DNA of 64,000 nucleotides from the human T2T-CHM13v2.0 reference genome, Homo sapiens. Where the stretch lies: assembly GCF_009914755.1 (NCBI RefSeq), contig NC_060936.1; one strand, given 5' to 3'. Shown piece by piece: positions 48,603 to 64,000 of this stretch (positions are counted from its first letter, which is position 1; each line of letters opens with the position of its first letter). A program made the translations under genes and the position numbers. The notes below the pieces were generated by a model, which worked only from the letters and a program-made list of their open reading frames with translations, was not told the origin of the DNA and ran no database searches.

Positions 48603-49576
48603 GTAACATCCCCGCGCGGGGGTGGAGGGGCTCGGGGCGGTCCCACAGCGCCCCCTGCGGCCCGGGCCGTGGCCGATGGGGCGGGGAGGCCGCTGGGGAT
48701 AGCTGGGACCCCGGGGAGGGCGAGGGAGGCCAAGGGTGAGGGAAGAGAGCCCGGGAGGGGGGATGGGGGCGGGGACTGGGGGCGAAGGGGCGGGGGAGGC
48801 CATGATGGAGCCTGGCCGGGGGCGAAAGGTGCGAGAGTGGCGGGACTGGGTGAAGAGTGGGATTGGGAGAGGTGGGGGTGGGTTCGCGGAGAAAGATCGG
48901 GAAAGAAGAGAGAGGGCGGAGATGAGGGGACTGAGGGGACCAGGGGACAGGTGGGGACCAGTTTCCCCTCCTGGGATATTTGGTGTGCGACATGCCCTTC
49001 CCCCAGCCCCAGCGCCCGTTCCCTTTGGAAGCCTGGGTGCTCCTCAGACCACTTGGGGACTCCCTGCTTCACCTTCCTGCATTTGCAAGAGCTTGTCTCC
49101 TGAGGTGGAGAGGGGGCCTCTGAAGAAAGGGGCTCCCAGCCCAGGCCATCAACAAACTAACGACTCTGTGTGACCTTGGGCAAGTCACTACCTTTCTTTG
49201 GGCCTCAGATTTCCCATCAATTTTTTTAAAAAGGAAATGCATGAAAATTAAATCCCAGATCTCTTCCAGGGTCTAAATGAATAGGTTTTTGAGGAGGAAG
49301 TTTAGGAGAATGGGTTTGGTAGGGAAGCAAAGGAAAGGATGAAGATGGAGGCGAGGCCTTGGGCTGGGGCTGGAGAAATCCCCACGGGTGCGGGGGGATG
49401 GTAGACAGAAAGCCTGCCGGGCTGGGGCTGGCTAGCCTTATCCTGTTGGAGGGATGGAAGAACTCTAAGGAGAGGAGGAGGTTGAAACCTAACTCCACAA
49501 TGATGGAGACCAAAAGTAACATTCGCTTCTTCAGAGGGAGAGTGATGAGATGGCAGGATCAGAAAGAAGCAACAGG

Positions 49577-49871
<295 letters not shown>

Positions 49872-50259
49872 GCAACAGGAAGATACTTTCTAGTAAGGCA
49901 GATCTTTGGGGAGCAAGAGGAAGAGTAGGGCTGGTCCAGGAAAGTTGGAAACTAGGATGGTCTTTGAAACGGAAGGGCAGGTGCTGTTTGGGGCAGCTGA
50001 AGAAGGGCCGCAGGTAGATCACAGGGTAACCAGCTGGTCTCTCAGCCTTTTTTTTGATGATGGCTACCACTTTCTGAGAGATGTGCCTCCCAGCCTTCAT
50101 CTTCAGGAAGTGGGAATGAGTCAGACCAAGCAGACCTTGGGAACACCTGGCTCGCTGAGGATTTCTGGATTGTGTAAGGATTGGGGTTAAAAAAGAAAAA
50201 AGGAAATGTATCTGAATGTAAGCAGTATCATCTGTGGCGCCATCATCCTTGCTGGGAGG

Positions 50260-50490
50260 CAGCTTTGTGAACTGGTTGAAAGCACAGGCTTTGGAGTCAG
50301 ACTGCTTGGATTCCAAACCTGCCTCTCCCATTTAATGTCTTGGAACCTTGGTCAGGTTACTTAATCTCTGAACCTCAGTTTCTTTATCTGTAAAATGGGA
50401 ATAATAACCTCTGAGATGGTTGCCAGGATTAAATGAGTGTTTGACACAGTATCTGGCTCATAATAAGTGCTCAGTAAATATTAGCTATTA
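50260..50490 (+). mobile_element. MIR
   Basis: ttggagtcagac...cctcagtttctttatctgtaaaatgggaataata. Confidence 0.85.
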
Positions 50491-52039
50491 GCTGTTATCA
50501 TTCCCTCTTTCTGTTTTTTTTCCTACTGCCTCTCCATTCTTGTCCTTTTCTCCTTTTATTCTTCTGAGTGCTAAGTTCTGAGATGCCCCTTAGATGTGAA
50601 GTCCCAGAAGTATTGATTGCATCTTTGGTGGTGGGAAAGGGGTGGCCCCTCACTGGCCCAGGTGAACATATGATGATCAGATGATCAAGTGTCTCTTCAT
50701 CATCTCTCAGCCCACAAATGTGTTTTTGTTCCAGGGAAGACACAGGATCTGCTTCTCTTTCAGCAACCATTTCTATATCCTTCCCTGTCACTAGTTAATG
50801 TCTTCATATTCTCACCCAGAAATAAAATAAGACCCAAAGTTTTATGGCACTGCAGCAGGTAGGAGAGGGACGGGGTGTTTCAGGAAAGCAGGGACACAAC
50901 ACGGGAAGCTCAGCGAAGGAAGGGCTTTGGAAGTTCTGTAGTAGTTTATGTTTATTCCATTGTTCTGTCCTCTGTGGGGAACTGTCCAGAATAGGCCAGT
51001 GTCTGAATCCTGGCCAGAGGTCTTCATCCCAAGTTGAAGATGACTGTATACAGTTAGCTTTATTAGGTTTTCTCATGCCAACATTTCAATCCAATTTCCT
51101 TTTTCCAAGCCACAAAGACTTCTGCCAAGCTACCTCTCTCTGTCACAGCCTGTATGTCAGAGAATTTATACAGATGTACATATGCACACGTGTATACACT
51201 GTTTTCAAAGTGCATTTTAGGATATTCCAGTATGCAAAAATCTAATAAGGTTAGAGATGAGACTGCATTTTATCACAGCACTTTGTGTGCAGGGCCCTGA
51301 CTAAACACTTGGGGGAGGTATAAAAGGAGAAAACTCAATCCCTGAATGTAGGGAAATCCCCACATGAGTGGGAGACAAGCAGTCCCACATGAAACACCCA
51401 GCAAACATTCACAGAGTAGCATGTCACTCTGCAAAGTAGTGCATCATTTATCCTGAAGGGACACAGGTAGGAGTGTGTGTATGTGTGTGGGATAGTCATA
51501 AGGGTAACCTGAAGGAGGTGAATATTGGATCATCTTGAACAAAGCATGAGACTGTAGAATAAAAGAAATGTGTTTCACTTGAGGGTAATCTAACAATTCT
51601 GTGCAAAGAGAGGAGGAGGGAAGCCATTGAGTCAGGATGAGCAAAGAAGAGTGTGGGGCGGCCTTCGTTGCAAGGCTTTGACTGTTAGATGAAAGATTTT
51701 GTAGGGTAGGCAATCGGGAACCGGTAAGTTCTCAATAAAACGTTGAATCATTGGTGATTTAACCACTTAGGTTGCAGGGGATATACTAGATTGCAAACAG
51801 ACCTGTTTCATGTGGTAGGAGCTTTGCTTTTAAGGGAGGAGGGCTAGAGGGCAGATTGGATCCAGTCCCAGTTCTGTCCCTAACCAGTGGTGGCTCCTTG
51901 GACAGATTATTCCCTGAAAAAGGGGGATACCTTGGGTGACTGCCAGAGTCTCCTCCAGTTCTGACATTCTATGTTCCCTGAATAACTACTAGACCTAACT
52001 TACCAGTGGCCCCCTACTGTTTTGTAGGACTTGCCAAGA

Positions 52040-52990
52040 CCATTTAGTCATTCAGTTAACACATACTTATTAGCACCTAGTTTGTACCCATAGATGGTGG
52101 TAAGGAAAACACAATGGGAACTGGATATGAGGTGAGCAAAAACAGATGAAGTCCCTGCCCTTCAGTGTTTTCAGTCTAGTAGGGGCCACGGATATTATAT
52201 TTCATTAATTCTGAGACTCATATTTGAACATTTGTCAAGTCAGGATGCATCTTCAAATTGACAGGATATTATAATTTAATTGGCAGCATTTGTTTTTTAT
52301 TCATGCCAAATAGAAAAATAATATAATCAGGATTATACAAATAACTATAAAATTCTAATGGATAATTGCCGAAGGAGAAGGTACATGGTGTTGTACAAGT
52401 ATATAAAAGCGGGCTCTGACTAGTTCAGGGAGTTGGGAAAAGCTTTCGTGAAGAAATGATTGGTAGATGTGAAGTGTAGTAGGCAAGGTGTGTGGGGTTG
52501 GCAGGGCCAACCCAGTTTTCTCAGGCAAAGGTGGATGCCTGAGGTGGGAGAGCTGAGAGAAGGTGAGTAGGGCTGGAACTGAGACCCAGGAGCTCAGCAT
52601 GGGGGAGATTGGCAAGGTAGCTGGGTAGCAGACCCCCTCATAGTACTGGGTAGGGGGTTTACTATTTACCCTAAGAGCAGTGGGAAGCCATTGAAGAGTT
52701 TTAAGCAGGGGGCTAACAGTCTGAGGTGCACTTTGAAGAGCTTGTTATAGCTGCTGATTGGAGTGGATGTGGGGAAAACAGTTGGGAGGCCACTGCAATT
52801 AGATGAAAAAAGATGGTGGCTTGGGCAAGATGGGTGGTGGAAAAGGAAATGGAGAGAAATGGATAGATTCAAGAAATCTTGAGGAGGTAAAGTTAACAAG
52901 ACTTGGTGATTTATTGGCAAGGAAGAGGGAGTTGTGGAGAGTGACTCATAGGTTTCCATTTGGACAATTGAATGGTGTGGTGCCAGTCTC
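52040..52990 (-). mobile_element. L2 fragments
   Basis: L2 motifs (aacacatacttattagcacct; gggaagccattgaagagttttaagcagg). Confidence 0.65.
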
Positions 52991-53257
52991 TGAGACGCTT
53001 CTGAGGCTCCCCTGGAGCCTGGTAGGACCCAAAGATGTTAGAGAGGCTCCTGAGGCAGCTTGAGATGGGAAAGTGTGACACAGAAAATTGTATTTCCTCC
53101 ACTATTGATTAGTTTCTGACTTCCCATGCTGAGGAAAGCGTCAGGGGCAAGAGCAAGTCTGAATACAGAACTAAAGCAGTTGAGCACTTAGAAAAGATGA
53201 GTCACATTGGAGAGGTTTAGCTCATACCCTTTTCTTCTTAGGACAAGATGAAGGACA

Positions 53258-53874
<617 letters not shown>

Positions 53875-54529
53875 AGGAACAGATATTTTAAAGGCAGACA
53901 TGAAGGGCGTTTTTAAATGCTGAGCATTCTCAACATAGGGGAAATTGGCAGCAGTGAGGTACCTTCTCTTCAGCCAGATACCACCTTTCCCCGGGATTCC
54001 TCCCTATCACCCCCTAACTTTCAGGCAAAGAGGCAGAAGGGCTGGGCCCTTTAGCTGCATCTCCAAGCCTCGGTTCACTTACAGTGAGTTTGTTTGTTTT
54101 TGAATGGGCAATATAGTCATATGGCTGCGTATTCAAAAGATACAAAAGCCATACAGGGAAAAGTCTCCCCTTTATCTCTGTCCCTTTCTACCATTTCTTG
54201 TGTATCATCTTTTGTCTCTGACTTTTATACAAATGATAAAAGTTTGCTGCACCTTGCTTTCTTTCCCACTTGTTAATACATCTTAGAGATCATATCGAGA
54301 CAATAAGCTTCTTCATTCTTGTTTATAACTGTATAGCACTGCATTTTATGTGTATATATAATTTCATAGCTCCTTACTGGTGGCTATTTAGGCTGATTCC
54401 AATCTTCTGTTTTTACAAATAATACTGAAATGAAAACCTTAAACATACAGCATTTTGGCCATGTAGGGCTATACCTATAAAATTAATTTTTAGAAGTAGA
54501 AGGTTCTATATAGAGATTTGTTCTGTTTG

Positions 54530-54820
54530 TTCTTCGTTCGTTCAATATTTGCTGAATACCTATTATGTGCCAGATGCTGGTAGGTACCAGGAATACAGCT
54601 TCCAACAAGTCAGATATGATCCCTGTCTTCATGGAATGTTATTACACTCTTGTTGGGGAAAACATATCCAGGCAAACATAATAATTACAAAATTATGTAC
54701 ATGAGGAAACTAAAAAGGGGATCAGATAGAGAAATAGGAAGGAGCTACTTTAAATACAGTCAGGAAGTTGTCTTAAAATAAGTGATACTTAAGCTGAGAA
54801 CTAAAGGATGGGATGCAGAC
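54530..54820 (-). mobile_element. L2 3' fragment
   Basis: ttcgttcaatatttgctgaatacctattatgtgccag. Confidence 0.65.
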
Positions 54821-55553
54821 AGCCATTAGGGGTAGGACAGGGCAACCTAAGCTGTTCAAAGCCTACATCCACAGGGAGATAGTTCAGGATTTGTAGAGGA
54901 GGGGATGGACACCAAAAAGGGGATGGAGATAAAGCCAAAGAGATGAAGTTGGCGATTGGAAGTGGAAGATGTCAAAGAAAGTAGGTGGCTAAGGATGAGG
55001 TCAGTTAGGGGAGGAAGCTGGTCATGAAGAGATGAGAATTAGGGAGACAAGCATTTTAAAGGACTAGCGACTATTTGTGTTGAGAGAGCTTTGGACTGAA
55101 TCTCTGTAACTGGGATAATTAGGGGAACTAGAAAAGAGGCGACTCCCTCCCTAGATACTTTGGGAATAAAAGAGACCTCTAACTTATTTGAGAGAGGCAC
55201 AGCCTTGCCCACAGGCAGGATAATGGATTAGAAGCCTTAGGTAGAGCCAGTCTGTGCCTGTAGTGAAGCCTCCTTCATCTTTTCTGTTGCTTTGACAAAA
55301 TGGAAACTTTCAAAATAAAGATGACATTCAAGGGGCTCAGCCAGCTGGCTCTGAGCTGGCACAAGAGAGAGCAAAAGCACAAGAGAGAGCAAACCTACCA
55401 AGGGCTAAGGGCTTGGGGTGGGCAGGAAATCGGGCTTGAAGACCCTCCTGAATTTTGTGCTCCTTTTTCATCCTCACCACTTCTGCTTCCCTTCTGCAAA
55501 AAGCCCATCTCTGTGCCCATCCTGGGTCCTATGACTTTTCTCTCCCTCAACAG

Positions 55554-55634
55554 TCGGTTCCCGATTCTGGTCCCCGGCCCCCAGCAGCGCCTGCCCCCTT
55601 CCCACCGGGGCCCCCCATGATGCCACCACCCTTC
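55554..55634 (+). CDS. PRPF40B: PRPF40B exon 2 (SVPDSGPRPP...MMPPPF)
   Basis: Pyrimidine tract + CAG, 81 nt, GTAAGT donor; in-frame ATGATG at 55617. Confidence 0.93.
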
Positions 55635-56340
55635 GTAAGTTTTATGTCTTTCCCTGGGCTTGGCTTTTCCAGCCTGCACCCCCAACTCCCCAGCCCCTAG
55701 CCACTGCTGCATCACCAGCACAGTTTTCCTGTAATGCCCCTTTTGCTGACCTTGGAAGAGGGATGGTTTTACTTGAGCATTGGGTTGGGGAGAGCTGTTG
55801 TGAAGCCCTCAGTACATAACATTGACAATTCCCCCTTTGTCTTTTTGACCTTAGGACACACTGGGGCTAGAGGTAGGAGAAGTGGAAGGGAAAAGACCCC
55901 ATTAATGTGAGGGCAGGGTGGGACTATCTATCTCTTTCACTACTCCTTACCTATGCTCTTTAAATATGCCACAGAATTCGGGCTGGAATGGCATTGGTGG
56001 TCATGAGTTGGAGAGAAAGGGATGGGAGGCAGGGGACTGGGGTACTTGGGTACCTGGATACCTGCCTTCTGCCCCTTCATCTGAGAGGCCTCTTTGGGGG
56101 AGAATTGCTGAAGAGGTGGAGCCTTCCAGTCTCAGTCTGGTGCTGTTAAACCTCCCTTATTCCTTTCCTTTCCCGTTACAATTAAGAAGCTGTGTGCTTG
56201 CCTGTTAGACCCCAGTTGTCAGTCTTTCTCAGTGGTGAGGAGGGAGGCAGTTTCATGCCTTGTGCTTCTCAAACTAAAGCCTTGGAATTGCCTCAGAGCA
56301 GGGTGGAGGGTTGGGGAGGGAGGTGGTGGATATTTCCTGA

Positions 56341-56598
<258 letters not shown>

Positions 56599-56868
56599 TA
56601 GCTGGGGGTGGAGATAAGAGCGGGCATGTAGGCCTCAGAAACTGGGGAAGGAAGGGAGCTTTGGGCCAAACCCATGTGGATTTGTCTGCTGAATGACTGA
56701 GACAACTCTCAGGCAAGGTGAGAGGCCAGAATCTGGGGATTGCCTGAGGAAGTGCCCAAGTGAGGGTCATGGCTCCAGTGAGATGTCTCAGGACCCTTTG
56801 AGGTACCCTGTCCCTCCTGTTCCAGCCCTTACCTTGGTGGTTGGTTTCTGTCTTCTTTGTATCCATAG

Positions 56869-56934
56869 ATACCAGGAATGGTACCTCCGATGATGCCAGG
56901 AATGCTGATGCCAGCGGTGCCTGTCACCGCAGCG
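56869..56934 (+). CDS. PRPF40B: PRPF40B exon 4 (IPGMVPPMMP...VTAA)
   Basis: 66 nt, TAG acceptor, GTAAGC donor. Confidence 0.93.
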
Positions 56935-57604
56935 GTAAGCACTAGGGGCCAGCAGGTAGCAGGCTCTGCCCTGCAGTCCCGTGAGTCTGACTTGGAATGC
57001 AGGACTATGACCTCCATTCTTTCCCTCTTCTCATCGCATCCACCCAGGTCCCCGGCAGCACTCCCCACACTCAAATCCTTCTCGCCAGCCATGTACTCAG
57101 CTCTTCTAGTTTCCCACTCATCCCCAAAGGCATATACATTCTCTTGTTACTCACGTGCCTTGTCCAGCTCCCTTAAGGAGCACACTTATCCTCACAGAGC
57201 CACACACTGTGGACACATGAATATAGTTCTTCACATCCTCTTTGTCCCCAGAAGAGTCAGTAGCACCTGGGGATCTTGCTGTGCCTTCTTATGCTATCGC
57301 TCAGTGTAGCAGAGTCTGGGTAGGATATAGAATTTGGCATCCACTGTGAAGGAATGAGCCTCGGGAGTTGTCTCAACAAAATACTCTCACTTGAGGAGAA
57401 CGAAGAATGGAGCTGCTATGCGATTCTCCCTTGGGATCCCAGAGCTATGGCCCTGAAGGGTGGGGGAAGCCTGTTAGGGAGCAGAGATCTCTAGGAGCAG
57501 GACACATGGATTCTGGCCTGGCCTGCTTCTCCATCCCCCATGGCCTGGGTCCTGGGGGCCACTGGGCTTGGCCCCAACCCTTCCCCCTCCTCTTTCTTCG
57601 GCAG

Positions 57605-57632
57605 ACGGCTCCGGGTGCGGACACCGCCAGCT
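57605..57632 (+). CDS. PRPF40B: PRPF40B exon 5, 28-nt microexon (TAPGADTAS)
   Basis: CAG acceptor, GTGAGT donor, phase 0-1. Confidence 0.9.
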
Positions 57633-57863
57633 GTGAGTCTTCTGGGGGCCTGCTCCCCCCAGGCTCGGAGGTTGGGGGGCATAGGGGAGAGGGGACCGTG
57701 GACTGGAGCCCACCCTGGATCATGCCTGTTGGGATGCCAAGGAGTCTGGGATATTGATGGGACCAGGGGACTATTTACTGGGGCTGGAATACGGGAGGCA
57801 TAGGTGGGAATAAGATGGAGGTCGGAGCAAGGACTTAGTATGTATCCTTTGGCTTTTTTCTAG

Positions 57864-57889
57864 CTGCTGTGGCTGGGACAGGCCCTCCG
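57864..57889 (+). CDS. PRPF40B: PRPF40B exon 6, 26-nt microexon (SAVAGTGPP)
   Basis: T-rich tract + TAG, GTGAGT donor, phase 1-0. Confidence 0.9.
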
Positions 57890-57992
57890 GTGAGTTCTTC
57901 CAGCTCAGGGGTCTCTGGGTAGAAAGCCTGAGAGTGGGGGACTGATAGTTAAATCTTTGGGGTGAGGAGAGGCTTTGGAAAAGGGGCCTTGA

Positions 57993-58208
<216 letters not shown>

Positions 58209-58381
58209 TAACCATATTCATGATGGTTCCTCTGATCCCAAGGTCCCTGACCATTCCTCACCCTCCCTGGAAATGCCTCCATAGGATCTCAAGAAGTCCA
58301 CCTTCCCCAGTTTGAACCAGGCCAGGTGGTAGCTAAAGGTTCCTGTGTCCTCTACTCACTAGGTCCCCTTAGCTCCCCTGA

Positions 58382-58618
<237 letters not shown>

Positions 58619-58645
58619 TGACTGTGTTATCTTTTCCCATCACAG

Positions 58646-58670
58646 TTCTAGTCAAACAAGAGGCTGCAGG
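58646..58670 (+). CDS. PRPF40B: PRPF40B exon 9, 25-nt microexon (VLVKQEAAG)
   Basis: CAG acceptor, GTGAGT donor; phase 1-2, needed to bridge exons 8 and 10. Confidence 0.9.
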
Positions 58671-58841
58671 GTGAGTGACTTGCCCACCTATCCATTTATA
58701 GTTGGGGCACCTGGAGTGTGGAAGTAGACTCTGTCGCCATGATCTCTACACTGTGGGAGGAAGAGCCAGCTCTGTCTCCTTGTGGAGTCATCCCCTCTGG
58801 CCCCAGTCCTTCCCAGGATAGAGAAACCAGCCAGCCCCTGA

Positions 58842-59102
<261 letters not shown>

Positions 59103-59299
59103 TGAGGGCTGCCCCCCATGGCATTCCCAATGTTGGCCTCAGACTCCCAGCCTGGTTCAACCCTTGTCCTCTGCTGGGCCTCTCTCTCAGGAGGGGTTTG
59201 AAGATCTGGGTGTGACCTCTGAAGGGCAGAAAAAGGCTGCCCTGGGGAACAAGGAGGGGGTGATATGTTGCCAGGAGTTCAGGGCACTGAAAGCTGTGA

Positions 59300-59671
<372 letters not shown>

Positions 59672-60069
59672 TAAAAAACCCCAGCTCAACACTCAGCCCT
59701 AAGGGAACCAGAGTCAGGACAGTGATAGATTGGGTTGGGGTGCAAGGGGAAGAAAAGCTGGAGGGCCTCCAGGAGAAGGAAAGGAAAGGTATCTGACACA
59801 ACACGTTCAATAAATGCTTCCTGAATTGAATCAAACGGAATTGAATTAATTGGGGAATGAGGGTGCTGGATAGGGTGACTTGAGAACCCCAAAGGAAAAG
59901 GGCCCAGTATTTGCAGTGTCTTGGAGCTGCATCTCTTCCCCTCACTTCCTGTCACCCCTACTTCTCCATGAATGGTGTTCAGATCCCAGACATCTGTGCC
60001 CTTGGAGCCCCTGCAGCCTGCAGTGTCTCATGACCCTCCAGTGTGGGCTGTGCAGAGTGGTTCGGGTGA

Positions 60070-60647
<578 letters not shown>

Positions 60648-60851
60648 TAGTCCTGGGTGTAGCAGGGAGGAGGAGTCTCTGAGAGATGGGTCTGTAACCT
60701 GTACTCCCTCCCCTTCCCTGAGACATGAAAGTCTTGAGTATGGCCTTCTTCCTAGGGTTCCCTAGCTACCTTTCCCCAGGTCCTCCTCTGCCCAGGCCTA
60801 CTTGGGTAGCTCTGGCCTGCCCTGCCTCACCCTGATCCTGTGGCTCCCTAG

Positions 60852-61409
<558 letters not shown>

Positions 61410-61636
61410 AAAGCCTGATTGATTCCCAGTTCCCTAAGGTGTGAAACCTCAGATCCCAAGACAACCGGTTTCATGTTATGGCTTCTAATAACTGAATTCA
61501 CAAGAGCTGAATACTTGCTTATTTATTCTTATACAATTAATGATCCCCTCTTAAGAACTACCATTGCAGTGGCTGCTCCCACAGAGCCCCCTCCAGGCCC
61601 TTCCCCCACCACCCTGGGTATCCCTAGCACCTGTAG

Positions 61637-61900
<264 letters not shown>

Positions 61901-62122
61901 TAGAGCACAACCTCTTCACCCATTCCCTGCCCCCTTCTGGATACGCTGCCTGTTCTTTCTGTGCCTAGCCCTGTCCAAGCTCTATGAGACCTCTCTCTGC
62001 CTGCAGTCTGTTTCTGCTGTACCTCCTCAATTCTGGACTGTGCTCTTCTAGGGAGACTAGATGTATGCACCACCCAGAAACTGCCAGTAGAGAGCACCCT
62101 ACAGGCATGACTTGGCAGCTAG

Positions 62123-63022
<900 letters not shown>

Positions 63023-63679
63023 TAATAGGAAGATATACATGAGAACTGTTATACAAAGGGGCAAGTGTTATTACAGAGACAGGAATCTGAAGAACTAACA
63101 TTTGAACTGTGCATTTAGAAATTTGTAGGTGGAAGAGGTTGGAGTGTACACGGGGTACTAAGAGCAAAGGCAAGGGGGTGGAAAGGGCATGCCAGGTCTG
63201 AGGAGGAAGAAGCATAGCTAATTGTAAACTGGTAGCACACAGATTGTTCTTTCTGGCCTGTACAGTGTTCTGTAAAAATTTGGAATTTGTTGCTAACATT
63301 TTAAAACCAGGAAACTTCACATAGAAAATCTGAATCTTTAGCTTCTCTTGTCAATATGGATTATCTAGCAGTACTGAGCTGGATTTGCAAGGCATTCTGC
63401 AGACTCAAGCTGAGATGCCACTTTAGAAAGGGCAAGTCATCCTTCTCACCATTCCTTAGTGCCTTCTTGATACTGTCGCAAGTGTCAGCTGCCATTTACC
63501 ATCACACATGGCCTGTTGCTCTTCTTCTACTGGAGAAGAGAAATAGTTCTCAATATTTACATCTTATCAAAAGTGGAAAAGTGAGTGAGTGATGGACTAA
63601 ACCTTGTGTTCCAAAAGAAAAAAACAAAGAGCATATTTCTTTATGGAAGTGAAGATTCTAATGCATTTGAGGAGATAAT

Positions 63680-63815
63680 ACAGTACAGTGGTTAGGAGCG
63701 GGACTGGAGGCAGACTGCCTACAGTAAAAGTCTAGCTTAACTGCTTGCTAGTTGTGTGACCTTGGATAGGTCACTTGACCTTTCTGACCCTGTTTCCTCA
63801 TCTAAAAAATGGTGA
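63680..63815 (+). mobile_element. MIR
   Basis: gtggttaggagc...tgtgaccttgg...tttcctcatct. Confidence 0.8.
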
Positions 63816-64000
63816 GTGTTCCACCAGAGTACACCTAATTACAGAGATTAAATGGTACCTGGGTTGAAAGGGATCTGGAAATAAAGCTAGAAATGTCTCA
63901 CTGCATATACATTTCTTTGAAGTACTGTTTTGCCTTACAAATTCACGTAGGTGTTGCATTTTAACACCATATTACCTATTTAATATAAATTTAATATTTT

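Noticed and set aside
48222-49173. Several 110-250-aa Pro/Gly/Arg-rich ORFs on both strands
   Set aside because: Expected from stop-codon scarcity in a CpG island; no domain signal.

Overview
Human genomic DNA, recognised as the FAM186B/PRPF40B locus (chr12q13.12 from memory). FAM186B is complete on the minus strand: 7 coding exons from 29738 down to 11865, 2682 nt = 893 aa + stop, all GT-AG and phase-consistent. PRPF40B (WW/FF-domain U1-associated splicing factor) starts divergently on the plus strand from a CpG island at about 47.1-49.0 kb; 18 coding exons are traced (48600-62833) and the gene continues past the window. FAM186B intron 5 holds a co-oriented cluster of retrocopies (U6, POLR2K, PARK7 and a ~100-nt polyadenylated LTR-like fragment) inside old L1 sequence. 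The intergenic region is a nested stack of L1/HAL1/Alu/MER elements with a HIGD1A retrocopy. Best unexplained signals: a C/D-box snoRNA-like element in PRPF40B intron 15; frame-coupled microexons in PRPF40B itself; an 8-kb composite insertion bounded by a perfect 17-bp TSD; an apparent Alu-to-Alu gene-conversion tract; and an intact 44-aa zinc-ribbon ORF in the POLR2K retrocopy. Repeat subfamily names and pseudogene number suffixes are from recall and were not checked against databases.
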